Shown here piece after piece: positions 1-9,620 of a stretch of 58,772 bases of DNA; within the stretch, counting starts at the first letter, position 1; each line of letters begins with the position of its first letter. The DNA is from Flavobacterium sp. (GTDB lineage Bacteria > Bacteroidota > Bacteroidia > Flavobacteriales > Flavobacteriaceae), in the NCBI RefSeq assembly GCF_035343975.1, contig NZ_DAORAB010000002.1, one strand, 5' to 3'. The notes beneath the pieces are model-generated. The model ran no database searches, had not been told where the DNA came from, and saw only the letters and a list, made by a program, of their open reading frames with translations. Position numbers and translations under genes: made by a program.

Positions 1-26
1 TTGTTTTGTTTGATTTTGACAGATCG

Positions 27-55
27 AAAAAACCCACTCTCTAAAAGTGGGTTTT
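27..55 (-). terminator. Intrinsic terminator after the exonuclease-like gene
   Basis: Stem AAAACCCACT/AGTGGGTTTT with a U-run on the minus strand, directly after the stop at 57. Confidence 0.75.
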
Positions 56-56
56 A

Positions 57-650
57 TTATTTAAATCCTAATCGGGCTTTTAACTTTAGGAATAATAATG
101 CTATTGAATAGGCATCATCCGAAGTTGAATTTCTTTCACTTTCCGGGAGTTTGTAATGCTTTACCAAATCATCTAACGAAAAAGATTTGTTGGAAATATC
201 CATCAGTTTTTGATGCATGATTTCAACATCCAAAGCTTCATTTTTTAACCTTCCACATTCCATTTTTTCCAAAACTTCATTAATCATTTCAATATCAAAA
301 TGAATTCGATGCCCGACTAATACAGCATTTCCAATATATTCAATAAGCGATTGAATAGCCTGTGGTTCCGCTAATTTTGGTAATTTACTTTCAATCAAAA
401 ATTCATTGGATAAACCATTGTCATGAAGATATTTGTATTGTAGGATAACCACTTCAAAATTATCACCAATACGAATAGCATCATTTACAACGGCAACAGC
501 TCCAAATGATAATATCACATCTCTTTTAGGACTCAGGCCTGTAGTTTCCGTGCTTAAGACGACATATCTATTCGATTTGGTTTCAAATTTTGCCAAATAT
601 TGTTTCCAGAATTCCGGATATTTACTCGAACCCTTAAGCCAATCTAACAT
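57..650 (-). CDS. DnaQ/DEDDh 3'-5' exonuclease-family protein, catalytic residues degenerate
   Basis: ExoI-like VVLSTETTGL, ExoII VGHRIHFD, ExoIII-like RNSTSDDA; 1 nt downstream of the DUF294 gene, its usual partner. Confidence 0.85.
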   Translation of the reverse strand: MLDWLKGSSKYPEFWKQYLAKFETKSNRYVVLSTETTGLSPKRDVILSFGAVAVVNDAIRIGDNFEVVILQYKYLHDNGLSNEFLIESKLPKLAEPQAIQSLIEYIGNAVLVGHRIHFDIEMINEVLEKMECGRLKNEALDVEIMHQKLMDISNKSFSLDDLVKHYKLPESERNSTSDDAYSIALLFLKLKARLGFK

Positions 651-651
651 A

Positions 652-2568
652 TTAAGAGAATTGGGTTAATTGAAACTTATCTTTAATCAAATCTTCAAGT
701 TCCTTCATTGGTTCCATAGCATTTTTCAGCCTCTCCCTGTCAACTTTAGACATTTCTTCAATATTGATAAAATCGCCGGAGGTGTCATTTTTTAAACCTT
801 CAAGTGTTCTGAATTTAGACAGAATTAAAAAGGCATCGGCACAATTCAGATATATTTCAGCAAATTTTGGGTCCGTTATAGCTAATTGTTTAAATCGTTG
901 ATAGGTATTGTTAATTCCTTTTAAGTTCAAACTGACCGCAAATAGTCGGGCGCCGTCAACCAATGGCATGATTGCTTTTCTTTTTATATCAAATTTGCCT
1001 TTATTTTCTCCTTCTTCTTCAAGATTAAATTTCTTGAAAAAATTAAGTGGTGGACTTTTCCTTAAAGTATCGTTCCCAAGAAAATCAAAGAATAAGGCGT
1101 TGTTCTTAGTATTCTTGAAGATTACTTCATTCAAATTGTCTTCTATTTTACTTTCACCAATCACAAATTCATAATCAAAGAATATACTGCTTATGTCATT
1201 TGATTTTTCCCCAGGTGTCTTCATCCAACTGTTGTATTGCTTTATCCAGTCTGACATCGATTTACACCAAAGCATATTGCTTGCCATATGTCCGTGTGGA
1301 CAATAGTTATAGCCAACTTTCTCTAATATAGCTGTAGCTCTTTTGGCTAATTTTAAGAAGTAATCCTTAACGTCCCTGTAATTTTCAGCTGCGACATCTT
1401 CAAACACCAAAAAACTATCCTGATCGGTCAATAAAAACTGCTCTTTTCTTCCTTGGCTGCCAATGCTAAACCAGGCGTATCGGGCAGGAGGTGAACCTAA
1501 ATCCAGGATTGCCAACTCAACAGAGCGCTTTATAATTGCTGTAATAATTTCTCCTGAAATATTATAGATATGCGGTAACGGAATATTTTTCGCAATAGAA
1601 GTCTGAATTAAATCGGTCAATTTTTCTCTAACCAGTTTAAGTTCTTTAGGAGAGTGTGAACGTTTAATTTCTTTAATCAGAACACCAGGATTGTTAGCCT
1701 GAGCGACAATCAAGTCATGTTCAGAAATAACACCTTTAACATCTGATTTGTCTGAACCATCGGCAGTTACACACAAATGACTTACATTATTCTTTAACAT
1801 CAAAAGCTGCGCTTCGGCAACCGAAACATTTTCAGGAACGGTTATTACCGGCGAAGACATTATTCTGTCGATTGTTGAAATAAGAGGGAATCTACCGTTA
1901 GCTATTTTCGATCTGAAATCACTGTCTGTAATAATTCCAATTGGATAGTTCTGATTGGTAACAATGACATTATCTGCCATATTTTCTGTCATTAACTGTG
2001 CCGTATCCTTAGCCAGAGCATTAATAGCAACCTTTAAAGGCGATTTATTATATGCAAGCGATTGAAAATATTGTATTTCGGGCTGTTGGTTTTCTGTATA
2101 AACGTTATCAGTAATAAGCTTCCCGCGATTTTCTTTATCAAATGGATTTCTGGTATTTGTAGCAAAACTTTCTAATAAGAAGTCCAAGACCTGGGGATTC
2201 TTGGCAACAAAAGGTTTAAAACTGTTAATAGGAATGGCATAAACAATACTATCTTCACGGGCCTTGGCCGTCATCATATAATTGTTCTTTGCAAAAAAAG
2301 GACGAAGACCAAAAACATCACCGGGATAACATTTGTTTAATAATGTTTCCTCAGCATCTGCAATAACAGTGAGATTAATCACTCCGGAAGCAACCACATA
2401 AAAACTATCATGGAGTTTGTCATTAATTTGAAATAAGATTTGATGCTTATCTAAATTTACAACACCAATACTTGTAGCAACCTGAATCAGTTCGTCATGA
2501 GTTAAATAATTGAATGGTGAATATTCTTTTAAAAAGTTGGCAATATTTTCTGCAATTGAATTACTCAT
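652..2568 (-). CDS. cNMP-binding + 2xCBS + DUF294 nucleotidyltransferase-like protein
   Basis: N-terminal cNMP domain (GDVFG), CBS pair (IGIITDSD, GVISEHDL), NTase motif GSQGRKEQ...TDQD, DUF294_C (FDIKRKAIMPLVD). Confidence 0.9.
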   Translation of the reverse strand: MSNSIAENIANFLKEYSPFNYLTHDELIQVATSIGVVNLDKHQILFQINDKLHDSFYVVASGVINLTVIADAEETLLNKCYPGDVFGLRPFFAKNNYMMTAKAREDSIVYAIPINSFKPFVAKNPQVLDFLLESFATNTRNPFDKENRGKLITDNVYTENQQPEIQYFQSLAYNKSPLKVAINALAKDTAQLMTENMADNVIVTNQNYPIGIITDSDFRSKIANGRFPLISTIDRIMSSPVITVPENVSVAEAQLLMLKNNVSHLCVTADGSDKSDVKGVISEHDLIVAQANNPGVLIKEIKRSHSPKELKLVREKLTDLIQTSIAKNIPLPHIYNISGEIITAIIKRSVELAILDLGSPPARYAWFSIGSQGRKEQFLLTDQDSFLVFEDVAAENYRDVKDYFLKLAKRATAILEKVGYNYCPHGHMASNMLWCKSMSDWIKQYNSWMKTPGEKSNDISSIFFDYEFVIGESKIEDNLNEVIFKNTKNNALFFDFLGNDTLRKSPPLNFFKKFNLEEEGENKGKFDIKRKAIMPLVDGARLFAVSLNLKGINNTYQRFKQLAITDPKFAEIYLNCADAFLILSKFRTLEGLKNDTSGDFINIEEMSKVDRERLKNAMEPMKELEDLIKDKFQLTQFS

Positions 2569-2596
2569 GCGGAAGTTTATTAATAAATGTGATGTA

Positions 2597-2604
2597 CAAA
2601 AATA
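2597..2604 (-). promoter_or_regulatory. Bacteroidota sigma-A -7 element TATTTTTG
   Basis: Matches TAnnTTTG about 30 nt upstream of the DUF294 start. Confidence 0.6.
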
Positions 2605-2806
2605 CTAAAGCATATGAGAAGAAGAAGCCAATTACCAAAAAGATTTAAACAACCAATTGTGCATTATTTGGCATATTGTTTTAAAAAACTTTATTTTACA
2701 TAATATAAATTATAGTTTAAAAACAATACATTTTTTAAAAAAAGTTTTGAATTTGTTAACTAACTGTTTTTCAATCGCTATAAATCCCTTATTTAAATTA
2801 TAAGTT

Positions 2807-4333
2807 TTAAAAATTTAATTCTCTATATAATTTTCCAATCGCCAAAGTGAGTTTGACTTTATAATCTTCAACAAGCCATTCTCGGTAATTTTTACTGGTT
2901 TTACCTAAACAATTGACGTACTTTTTAATACGGCTTTCAATATCATCTGATAACAATTTAGAAAGCATTCGCGCGCCGACAAGATCCTTTGAATTCTCAA
3001 CGCACATTTGGGCATGTTGCAGTACTGATTTTTCTATTACTTCCTTCGCACGCAAATTCATTGCGGTTACTCTTTTGAATTCTTCTTCAATATCCATAGA
3101 AACATCTGCTGTTTTTGAAAACATCTTCCGGACACTTTCGGGCATCGTATATCTGAAGTTGTTTTCAATTTCAGCATCATCACGCAGGCTTTCTAAATAA
3201 TATTCGGGTGATTTAAAAATATGCTGCCAGTCAACCGGGTCATTCCATAAACCAAAACGCAGTGCGTTGTTTCCTAAATCAATGACTATGAATTCATCTT
3301 TGCCGGGCAATTTTCTCGAACCACGCCCAATCATTTGAAAATATAATGTTAGAGATTTGGTGGCACGGTTCAATATTATGCTTTCTACTGTGGGCTCATC
3401 AAAACCTGTGGTTAAAATCCCAACGGATGTAAGAATCGCATCCGGAGTTTTTTTGAACCAATGCAGAATTTCTTTTCGGTCTTCAACTGAAGTTGTATTA
3501 TCAAGATGCCTTATTCCGTAACCGGCTTCCTTGAAAGTTTCATATACATATAAAGATGTATGGATTCCGTTATTGAAAATAAGCGTCTTTTTTCCCAATG
3601 ATTTTTCAGTATAGGCATGCATCAGCTTTTCCTGCATTACCATATTTGTATACAAATCATCAGAAGACTTAACAGTATAATCACCATTTATTCCGACTTT
3701 TAATGATGTCAATCCAACATCATAACTATAGGTTGTTGCCTTAGCCAAAAAGCCTTTATCAATAAGTGATTGAATAGTGTCACCTACAATAAGTTCGCTA
3801 TAATTATGATGCATCGGCAACTTAATATTTGAACTCAAAGGTGTTGCGGTAACTCCGAGAATAAATGATTTTTTGAATTGGTTCAACAGCTTTCGGAACG
3901 AATTGTAATGAGCTTCATCTATGATTACCAAACCAACATTATCAATTTCTAATTTTTCGTCGTTCAAACGGTTTTTAAGTGTTTCCACCATAGCAACAAA
4001 ACAAGAGTATTCATCCTGATCAGGTAGTTCCTTGATGTTGCTGTTGATGATTTTGTTTTTAACCTCAAATCCGTTAAGCATTTTAGAAGTCTGCTTGCAA
4101 AGCTCTATTCGATGTGTTAAAACCACTACTTTTTTATCATGCTTTGATAAGTAGCGTCTAACGATTTCCGAAAATATTACTGTTTTTCCGCCTCCGGTTG
4201 GCAATTGATACAACAAATGATGATCGCTTGGCGCATTATCTAACCGGTCAAAGATTTTGTCAATATCGCCTTTCTGGTAACTGTAAAGTTCCTTTTTTTC
4301 TTCAATTTCGTGTATAAAATCTTTTTGAGACAT
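2807..4333 (-). CDS. SF2 DEAD/DEAH-box helicase (ResIII-like)
   Basis: Walker A LPTGGGKT, DEAH, TATP, motif VI QMIGRGSR. Confidence 0.9.
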   Translation of the reverse strand: MSQKDFIHEIEEKKELYSYQKGDIDKIFDRLDNAPSDHHLLYQLPTGGGKTVIFSEIVRRYLSKHDKKVVVLTHRIELCKQTSKMLNGFEVKNKIINSNIKELPDQDEYSCFVAMVETLKNRLNDEKLEIDNVGLVIIDEAHYNSFRKLLNQFKKSFILGVTATPLSSNIKLPMHHNYSELIVGDTIQSLIDKGFLAKATTYSYDVGLTSLKVGINGDYTVKSSDDLYTNMVMQEKLMHAYTEKSLGKKTLIFNNGIHTSLYVYETFKEAGYGIRHLDNTTSVEDRKEILHWFKKTPDAILTSVGILTTGFDEPTVESIILNRATKSLTLYFQMIGRGSRKLPGKDEFIVIDLGNNALRFGLWNDPVDWQHIFKSPEYYLESLRDDAEIENNFRYTMPESVRKMFSKTADVSMDIEEEFKRVTAMNLRAKEVIEKSVLQHAQMCVENSKDLVGARMLSKLLSDDIESRIKKYVNCLGKTSKNYREWLVEDYKVKLTLAIGKLYRELNF

Positions 4334-4352
4334 AGCGATTTGTACAATTTTG

Positions 4353-4360
4353 CAAAAATA
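4353..4360 (-). promoter_or_regulatory. sigma-A -7 element TATTTTTG for the helicase
   Basis: TAnnTTTG about 20 nt upstream of the ATG. Confidence 0.6.
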
Positions 4361-4477
4361 CGTCTAAAAAAGTGTTGTCCCAAAATTTAATCAGCTATTT
4401 GCAAAAACTTATCATCTACTTTTTAACAAATACAGGCTACTTTATCGTTTCTATTCTGCTTAATTGATGATATTGGT

Positions 4478-4485
4478 TATTTTTG
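4478..4485 (+). promoter_or_regulatory. sigma-A -7 element TATTTTTG for the MscS-family gene
   Basis: TAnnTTTG; it overlaps the track's TTG start, so ATG 4510 is the more likely start. Confidence 0.6.
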
Positions 4486-4509
4486 CAGTATAAATTACAC
4501 TCATTAGAA

Positions 4510-5769
4510 ATGCATAAACTTGTAGAAAGAATATTTAACTGGTGTTATTCCTTATTAAAAAAATGGGATTTTGGCGAAACGCTCTCGGCTTACATAAGCC
4601 TTGCAGTCAACATAATTATCCTTGGGATTCTATCCTATTTAATTTATCTGCTTTTCCGGTTTGTATTAGTTCGAACGATGATTATTATTGCCAGAAGAAC
4701 AAAGACACGATTTGATGACTTATTGGTTTCAAATAAAACGGCCAAATATATTGCACATTTAATTCCCCTACTCTTTATCTATAAATCGGTTCCAATCATC
4801 CTTGACAATTTTGTTTATTGGGAATCCGTATTCGGAAAACTGGTTGAAATTTATATTGTTTTATTAAGTTTATGGATTATCAAAACCATTCTCAATGCCC
4901 TGCGCGATCATTTAAAAACCGATCACAAATACAGCGACAAGCCAATAGACAGTTACATCCAAGTAATCATGATAGTGCTTTGGATTTTCGCTTTTATTTT
5001 TGTCATTTCCAAAATCTTTGATATCACAACCGGAACAATGCTTGGCACTTTTGGAGCTGTTTCGGCTATTATCATTTTAATATTCCGCGATACCATTTTG
5101 GGTTTTGTGGCAAGTGTTCAGGTTTCATTAAACGATATGGTTCGCATTGGAGACTGGATAACGTTTGACAAATTTGGCGCCGATGGAGATGTTATTGAAA
5201 TTAACCTTGCTACTGTTAAGGTTAGGAATTTTGACAATACAACGACTACCATTCCAACCTACAGCATGATTTCAGATTCTTTCAGAAACTGGCGTGGTAT
5301 GCTGAATTCGGAAGGAAGACGAATCAAAAGACATATCCTGATTAAAGCAAATACTATTCGTTTCTTAGATGAAAATGAACTTGCCGAATTGAAAAAAATA
5401 CAATTAGTCAGCAGCTATATTGAGCTACGACAAACGGAAATTGACAAGTACAACCAAACTCATAAAATTGACAAATCGGTTTTGGTCAACGGGAGAAATA
5501 TGACCAACTTTGGTTTATTCAGAAAATACATCACTCAATACTTAAGTCAGTACCCTGGGCTGAATAAAGACATGATATTGCTCTGTCGGCAGCTGCAACC
5601 TACTCCACAAGGAGTTCCATTGGAAATTTATACATTTTCCAGTGATAAACGTTTTGAAAATTACGAATATATAATGGCTGATATTTTCGACCATATTTTT
5701 GCTTCAATCCGTTATTTTGATTTAGAAATTTACGAGATGCCGTCAGGAAAAAGCGACTTTGTAGAATAA
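4510..5769 (+). CDS. MscS-family mechanosensitive channel (YbdG/MscM-like)
   Basis: Several TM helices, GDWI...ADGDVIEINLATVKVRNFD, FRNWRGM...GRRIKR; start moved to ATG 4510. Confidence 0.9.
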   Translation: MHKLVERIFNWCYSLLKKWDFGETLSAYISLAVNIIILGILSYLIYLLFRFVLVRTMIIIARRTKTRFDDLLVSNKTAKYIAHLIPLLFIYKSVPIILDNFVYWESVFGKLVEIYIVLLSLWIIKTILNALRDHLKTDHKYSDKPIDSYIQVIMIVLWIFAFIFVISKIFDITTGTMLGTFGAVSAIIILIFRDTILGFVASVQVSLNDMVRIGDWITFDKFGADGDVIEINLATVKVRNFDNTTTTIPTYSMISDSFRNWRGMLNSEGRRIKRHILIKANTIRFLDENELAELKKIQLVSSYIELRQTEIDKYNQTHKIDKSVLVNGRNMTNFGLFRKYITQYLSQYPGLNKDMILLCRQLQPTPQGVPLEIYTFSSDKRFENYEYIMADIFDHIFASIRYFDLEIYEMPSGKSDFVE

Positions 5770-5825
5770 ATTATATCATTCCAATCAATAAAGCTTAAAA
5801 AAGTTGATTATTAATTGGAAACATT

Positions 5826-5833
5826 TATATTTG
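5826..5833 (+). promoter_or_regulatory. sigma-A -7 element TATATTTG for the OmpA-family gene
   Basis: TAnnTTTG about 45 nt upstream of the ATG. Confidence 0.6.
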
Positions 5834-5876
5834 TAACGATTTTAACATTATTATTGATAATTGCAAACCTTGCCAA

Positions 5877-7232
5877 ATGAAGAAATTATTACTACTATCG
5901 ATAACAGTTTTTTGCTTTTCGTTATCAGCAAATGCCCAGAAAAAAGACAAAAAGAAAAAAACAAATGATTTAGAGCTTATATCTGCTGAACCAGACAAAG
6001 AATTGGTCGGAGAAACCTTCAATAGATGGTCGATCGAAGCTGATTTTGGTCAGGCTAAAGGTTCTAAACCATATACCGATGGATATTACGCAAATGATCC
6101 GGGTAAATTCTTTGGAAATCTAGTTATCAATCATGTTGGTTTTGGTGCAAGATATATGTTCAGCCCAAAATTTGGTGTTAGAGGTTATTTTAATTTTGAT
6201 AATCTTCAGGAACAACAAGACGCAGGTAGTTTACCTTTTCAAATGAAACACGTTCAATTCTCTGGTGAGGGAGTTGCCAATTTAATCCGATTATTTGATA
6301 TTCAGAAGCAAGCCGGAAGATTTGGATTATTATTCCACTTTGGTTTCCAGGTATCTCGTATGCAACCGGGAATCGGACCATATAAAGATGTTCACGAATG
6401 GAACGGTGGTGTTGTTGGTGGATTATCGCCACAATTTAGAATTTTCAAAAACGTAAGTATTTTTGGGGATGTATCTGTAAACTCTAATGTGAGACAACAT
6501 TTCAACTGGGATGGTCAGACTTTCTCAGAAGCAAAAAATAACTTAACAGGAAGTTTATTCAGAACTACTTTTGGAGTTTCTGTTGCTCTTGGTAAAGGAA
6601 AAATCCACGGAGACTGGGCTATCATACAAGATAAAAACGACAAACGTTTAGATTCATTGAACAACAGAATAGGAGAAATTGAAGAGTTGATGAACGACAG
6701 CGATAAAGACGGCGTGCCTGATTATTTAGATGTTGAACAAAACTCAATTGCCGGTGTTGCCGTTGATACTAAAGGAAGAATGGTTGATAAAAACAATAAT
6801 GGTGTGCCGGATGAGCTGGAAAAATATGTTAACAATTCTATTTCAAGCAACAATAACACTACGTCAGCTGCTGCAACAGAAAACGCTATCTTAAGACTTA
6901 TTAACGAAGGATACATTGCTGCTTATTTTGAAATTGGTAAATCTACACCAAACGCATCTTCTACAGCTAACATAGGATTTATCCTGAATTACCTGAAGAG
7001 TGCTCCGGATAAAACTATCGACATTACAGGTTATGCTGATGAAGTCGGAAGCACCGAATACAACAATAAATTGGCAGGTGAAAGAGCTCAGGCAGTTAAG
7101 GCAATCTTAGTAAAAGCCGGAATTAGTGAATCAAGAATAAACATCTTGTCTAATGGAGAAGATAAATCTGTAGATAAGAAATCTGATTGGGCAAGACGTT
7201 TGGTTCGTAAGACTGTTTTCAAAGTAAAATAA
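5877..7232 (+). CDS. OmpA-family outer membrane protein
   Basis: Signal peptide, beta-barrel, TSP3-like DSDKDGVPDYLD repeats, OmpA C-domain (ITGYAD...YNNKLAGERA). Confidence 0.9.
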   Translation: MKKLLLLSITVFCFSLSANAQKKDKKKKTNDLELISAEPDKELVGETFNRWSIEADFGQAKGSKPYTDGYYANDPGKFFGNLVINHVGFGARYMFSPKFGVRGYFNFDNLQEQQDAGSLPFQMKHVQFSGEGVANLIRLFDIQKQAGRFGLLFHFGFQVSRMQPGIGPYKDVHEWNGGVVGGLSPQFRIFKNVSIFGDVSVNSNVRQHFNWDGQTFSEAKNNLTGSLFRTTFGVSVALGKGKIHGDWAIIQDKNDKRLDSLNNRIGEIEELMNDSDKDGVPDYLDVEQNSIAGVAVDTKGRMVDKNNNGVPDELEKYVNNSISSNNNTTSAAATENAILRLINEGYIAAYFEIGKSTPNASSTANIGFILNYLKSAPDKTIDITGYADEVGSTEYNNKLAGERAQAVKAILVKAGISESRINILSNGEDKSVDKKSDWARRLVRKTVFKVK

Positions 7233-7255
7233 TTAACAATTAATTATTAATAACT

Positions 7256-7292
7256 AAAAAAATCCTCTGTTTTTCAACAGGGGATTTTTTTT
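7256..7292 (+). terminator. Intrinsic terminator of the ompA-like gene
   Basis: AAAAAAATCCTCTGTT-TTTC-AACAGGGGATTTTTTTT. Confidence 0.8.
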
Positions 7293-7333
7293 AACTTTAA
7301 AATATTCGATAACAAACCTATAAAACCCCCCCC

Positions 7334-7729
7334 ATGGAAGCAGCCAGAGACAATAATGTTCTTGAATTAAGAGGAGAAGCCTTAGGAACAATTACCAATC
7401 AATCTTCGAACGAAGAAATATTTCAAAACAAAACCCTCCGCCCCATTTTAAAACTGCAAAACGATTTATTTATACAAGTCTTTATAAATTATGCCGCAAA
7501 ACAAAAAGGGGTATTCTTTAGCCTTACTCCCGAAAAAAAGATGGCTTATATAGAAAACGTTATCCAACGCGACATAAAGTTTAGAAACTCTTTAAAAGGG
7601 ATGATTATTGCTTTTTTCACTCTGGATGAGTATGCCGAATACATTCAAATCTCATCAAACTTAAATAAACGTATGATGAATATGCTTATTGAACGGTTAA
7701 AAAGCAATATTCAGCTTATCGAACAATAA
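7334..7729 (+). CDS. Hypothetical protein, Flavobacteriaceae-like (often auto-annotated glyoxalase)
   Basis: 131-aa ORF with FQNKTLRPILKLQNDL; function not supported by any motif. Confidence 0.7.
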   Translation: MEAARDNNVLELRGEALGTITNQSSNEEIFQNKTLRPILKLQNDLFIQVFINYAAKQKGVFFSLTPEKKMAYIENVIQRDIKFRNSLKGMIIAFFTLDEYAEYIQISSNLNKRMMNMLIERLKSNIQLIEQ

Positions 7730-7898
7730 TTTATATATTAACAAATCTTAAAATCAACTGCCGATTTTAATCGTTTTTTTAAAGATAATTTAAAAACTAA
7801 ATATCTTTAAAAAGCATATCGCAATTGTTCTGTATTCCTTAATTTTTATGCAATTCACAACGATTTTTTCATTATAATTGTTAATCTAATGACAATTT

Positions 7899-8612
7899 AT
7901 GAGAGAAGAATACTTTAAATGGCATTCGCCCAATTTGAATCGTGAAATTGAAATGCTTGTTTTTGGTCATGCCGGCTATCCGGTTATCCTCTTCCCTACT
8001 TCTATGGGAAGTTTCCACGAAAACAGGGATCAGGGTTTGATTGAAAGTGCACGCTGGTATTTAGAACAAGGACTGATTCAGATTTTCTGTCCTGACAGTA
8101 TCGATAAAGACAGCTTCTACAACAAACGTATTCATCCTGTTCACCGTATACAAAATCATACTTGGTATGATAAAATGATTTGCCATGAAATTGTTGAACG
8201 TGTCAGAAATAATACTTGGTCAGGTAAGGTCGCCGTTGCCGGATGTAGTTTCGGGGGCTATCATGCAGTAAATTTTGCTTTCAGGCATCCGGGTTATGTA
8301 AGTCACATGTTCTCCATGAGTGGTGCTTTCGATATCAAGAGTTTTATGGATGGTCATTGGGACGACGATGTTTTTTATAATTCGCCCGAAGATTACCTTC
8401 ACGGATTGAATGATGGTGAATTATGGAATATGGACATCATACTCGGGACTTCCAATTGGGATATTTGTTTTGATGCTAATTTAAGACTAAGCCGAATCTT
8501 AGCTGCAAAAGATGTTTCTCATTGGCTTGATATCAGGCAGGATCGCGAACACGATTGGCCCGTCTGGAAAGAAATGTTTCCACATTATCTATCAAGAATT
8601 AAATTTTTCTAA
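7899..8612 (+). CDS. Alpha/beta-hydrolase, putative esterase family
   Basis: Nucleophile elbow GCSFGG and C-terminal HDWPVW catalytic His. Confidence 0.85.
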   Translation: MREEYFKWHSPNLNREIEMLVFGHAGYPVILFPTSMGSFHENRDQGLIESARWYLEQGLIQIFCPDSIDKDSFYNKRIHPVHRIQNHTWYDKMICHEIVERVRNNTWSGKVAVAGCSFGGYHAVNFAFRHPGYVSHMFSMSGAFDIKSFMDGHWDDDVFYNSPEDYLHGLNDGELWNMDIILGTSNWDICFDANLRLSRILAAKDVSHWLDIRQDREHDWPVWKEMFPHYLSRIKFF

Positions 8613-8637
8613 AACAAAAAACTAAGATATAAACAAT

Positions 8638-9591
8638 ATGAAAATGAAAAAGATTGGAATATTATTCGGAATGGAAGATACCTATCCGCAGGCATTCATA
8701 GACAGGGTTAACTCTAAAGGCGAAAAAGGCATTATTGCTGAAGCAGTTTCCATAGATAAGGTAATTCAAAATAAAGGTGGTGAATATGCTGTAATCATCG
8801 ACAGGATTTCACAGGATGTTCCGTTTTACAGGGCGTTTTTAAAGAATGCGGCATTAACAGGAACAAACGTTATTAACAATCCCTTTTGGTGGAGCGCTGA
8901 TGATAAGTTTTTTAATAACTGTCTGGCTGATACTCTGGGAGTACCGCTTCCGAATACTGTAATTCTTCCGTCAAATGAGCATCCAACTGATACCACATCC
9001 AAATCATTCCGAAACCTAAAATATCCGATGGATTGGGAAGGAATCTTTGATTATATCGGATTTCCTGCTTATATGAAACCTTATGCCGGCGGCGGTTGGA
9101 AAAATGTATATCGACTGGAAAACAAACAGGAATTTTGGGATAAACATCAGGAAACAGGACAATTGGTAATGTTGCTGCAGGAAGAAATTGTATTTCAGGA
9201 TTATTACCGCGTGTATTGTTTGGGATGCAAAGATGTGCGTATTATGCCTTATGAGCCGAGAAATCCCCATCATTTAAGATACGTAGTTGAGAATCCGAAT
9301 ACAGATAAAAAATTAATGGCAACTATTAAGGATTATACGTTGCGACTTTGTAAAGGATTGGGGTATGATTTCAATACGGTTGAATTTGCCGTTCGTGACG
9401 GAATTCCATACGCAATCGACTTTGGAAACCCTGCTCCCGATGCAGAACTGACATCTGTTGGTGCTGAAAACTTCGAATGGGTAGTAGAAACATCAGCTAA
9501 AATGGCTATTTCATTTGCCAAAAAACAAAAACCGGGACAAAGCAATTTAACCTGGGGAACATTTATTAAAGACTCAGTAGCACAGAAATAA
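8638..9591 (+). CDS. RimK-like ATP-grasp amide ligase
   Basis: ADDKF, FPAYMKPYAGGGWKNVY, LLQEEI, VEFAVRDG...IDFGNP. Confidence 0.85.
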   Translation: MKMKKIGILFGMEDTYPQAFIDRVNSKGEKGIIAEAVSIDKVIQNKGGEYAVIIDRISQDVPFYRAFLKNAALTGTNVINNPFWWSADDKFFNNCLADTLGVPLPNTVILPSNEHPTDTTSKSFRNLKYPMDWEGIFDYIGFPAYMKPYAGGGWKNVYRLENKQEFWDKHQETGQLVMLLQEEIVFQDYYRVYCLGCKDVRIMPYEPRNPHHLRYVVENPNTDKKLMATIKDYTLRLCKGLGYDFNTVEFAVRDGIPYAIDFGNPAPDAELTSVGAENFEWVVETSAKMAISFAKKQKPGQSNLTWGTFIKDSVAQK

Positions 9592-9620
9592 ATTTCCTTG
9601 CTGATTAAACATGTAGAGTA

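Noticed and set aside
2807-4333. Helicase as part of a restriction or anti-phage system
   Set aside because: No neighbouring methyltransferase or nuclease and no nuclease domain visible
7334-7729. 131-aa gene as a precursor or substrate for the ligase cluster
   Set aside because: No leader/core or repeat pattern, 169 nt from the operon, and looks like an ordinary globular protein
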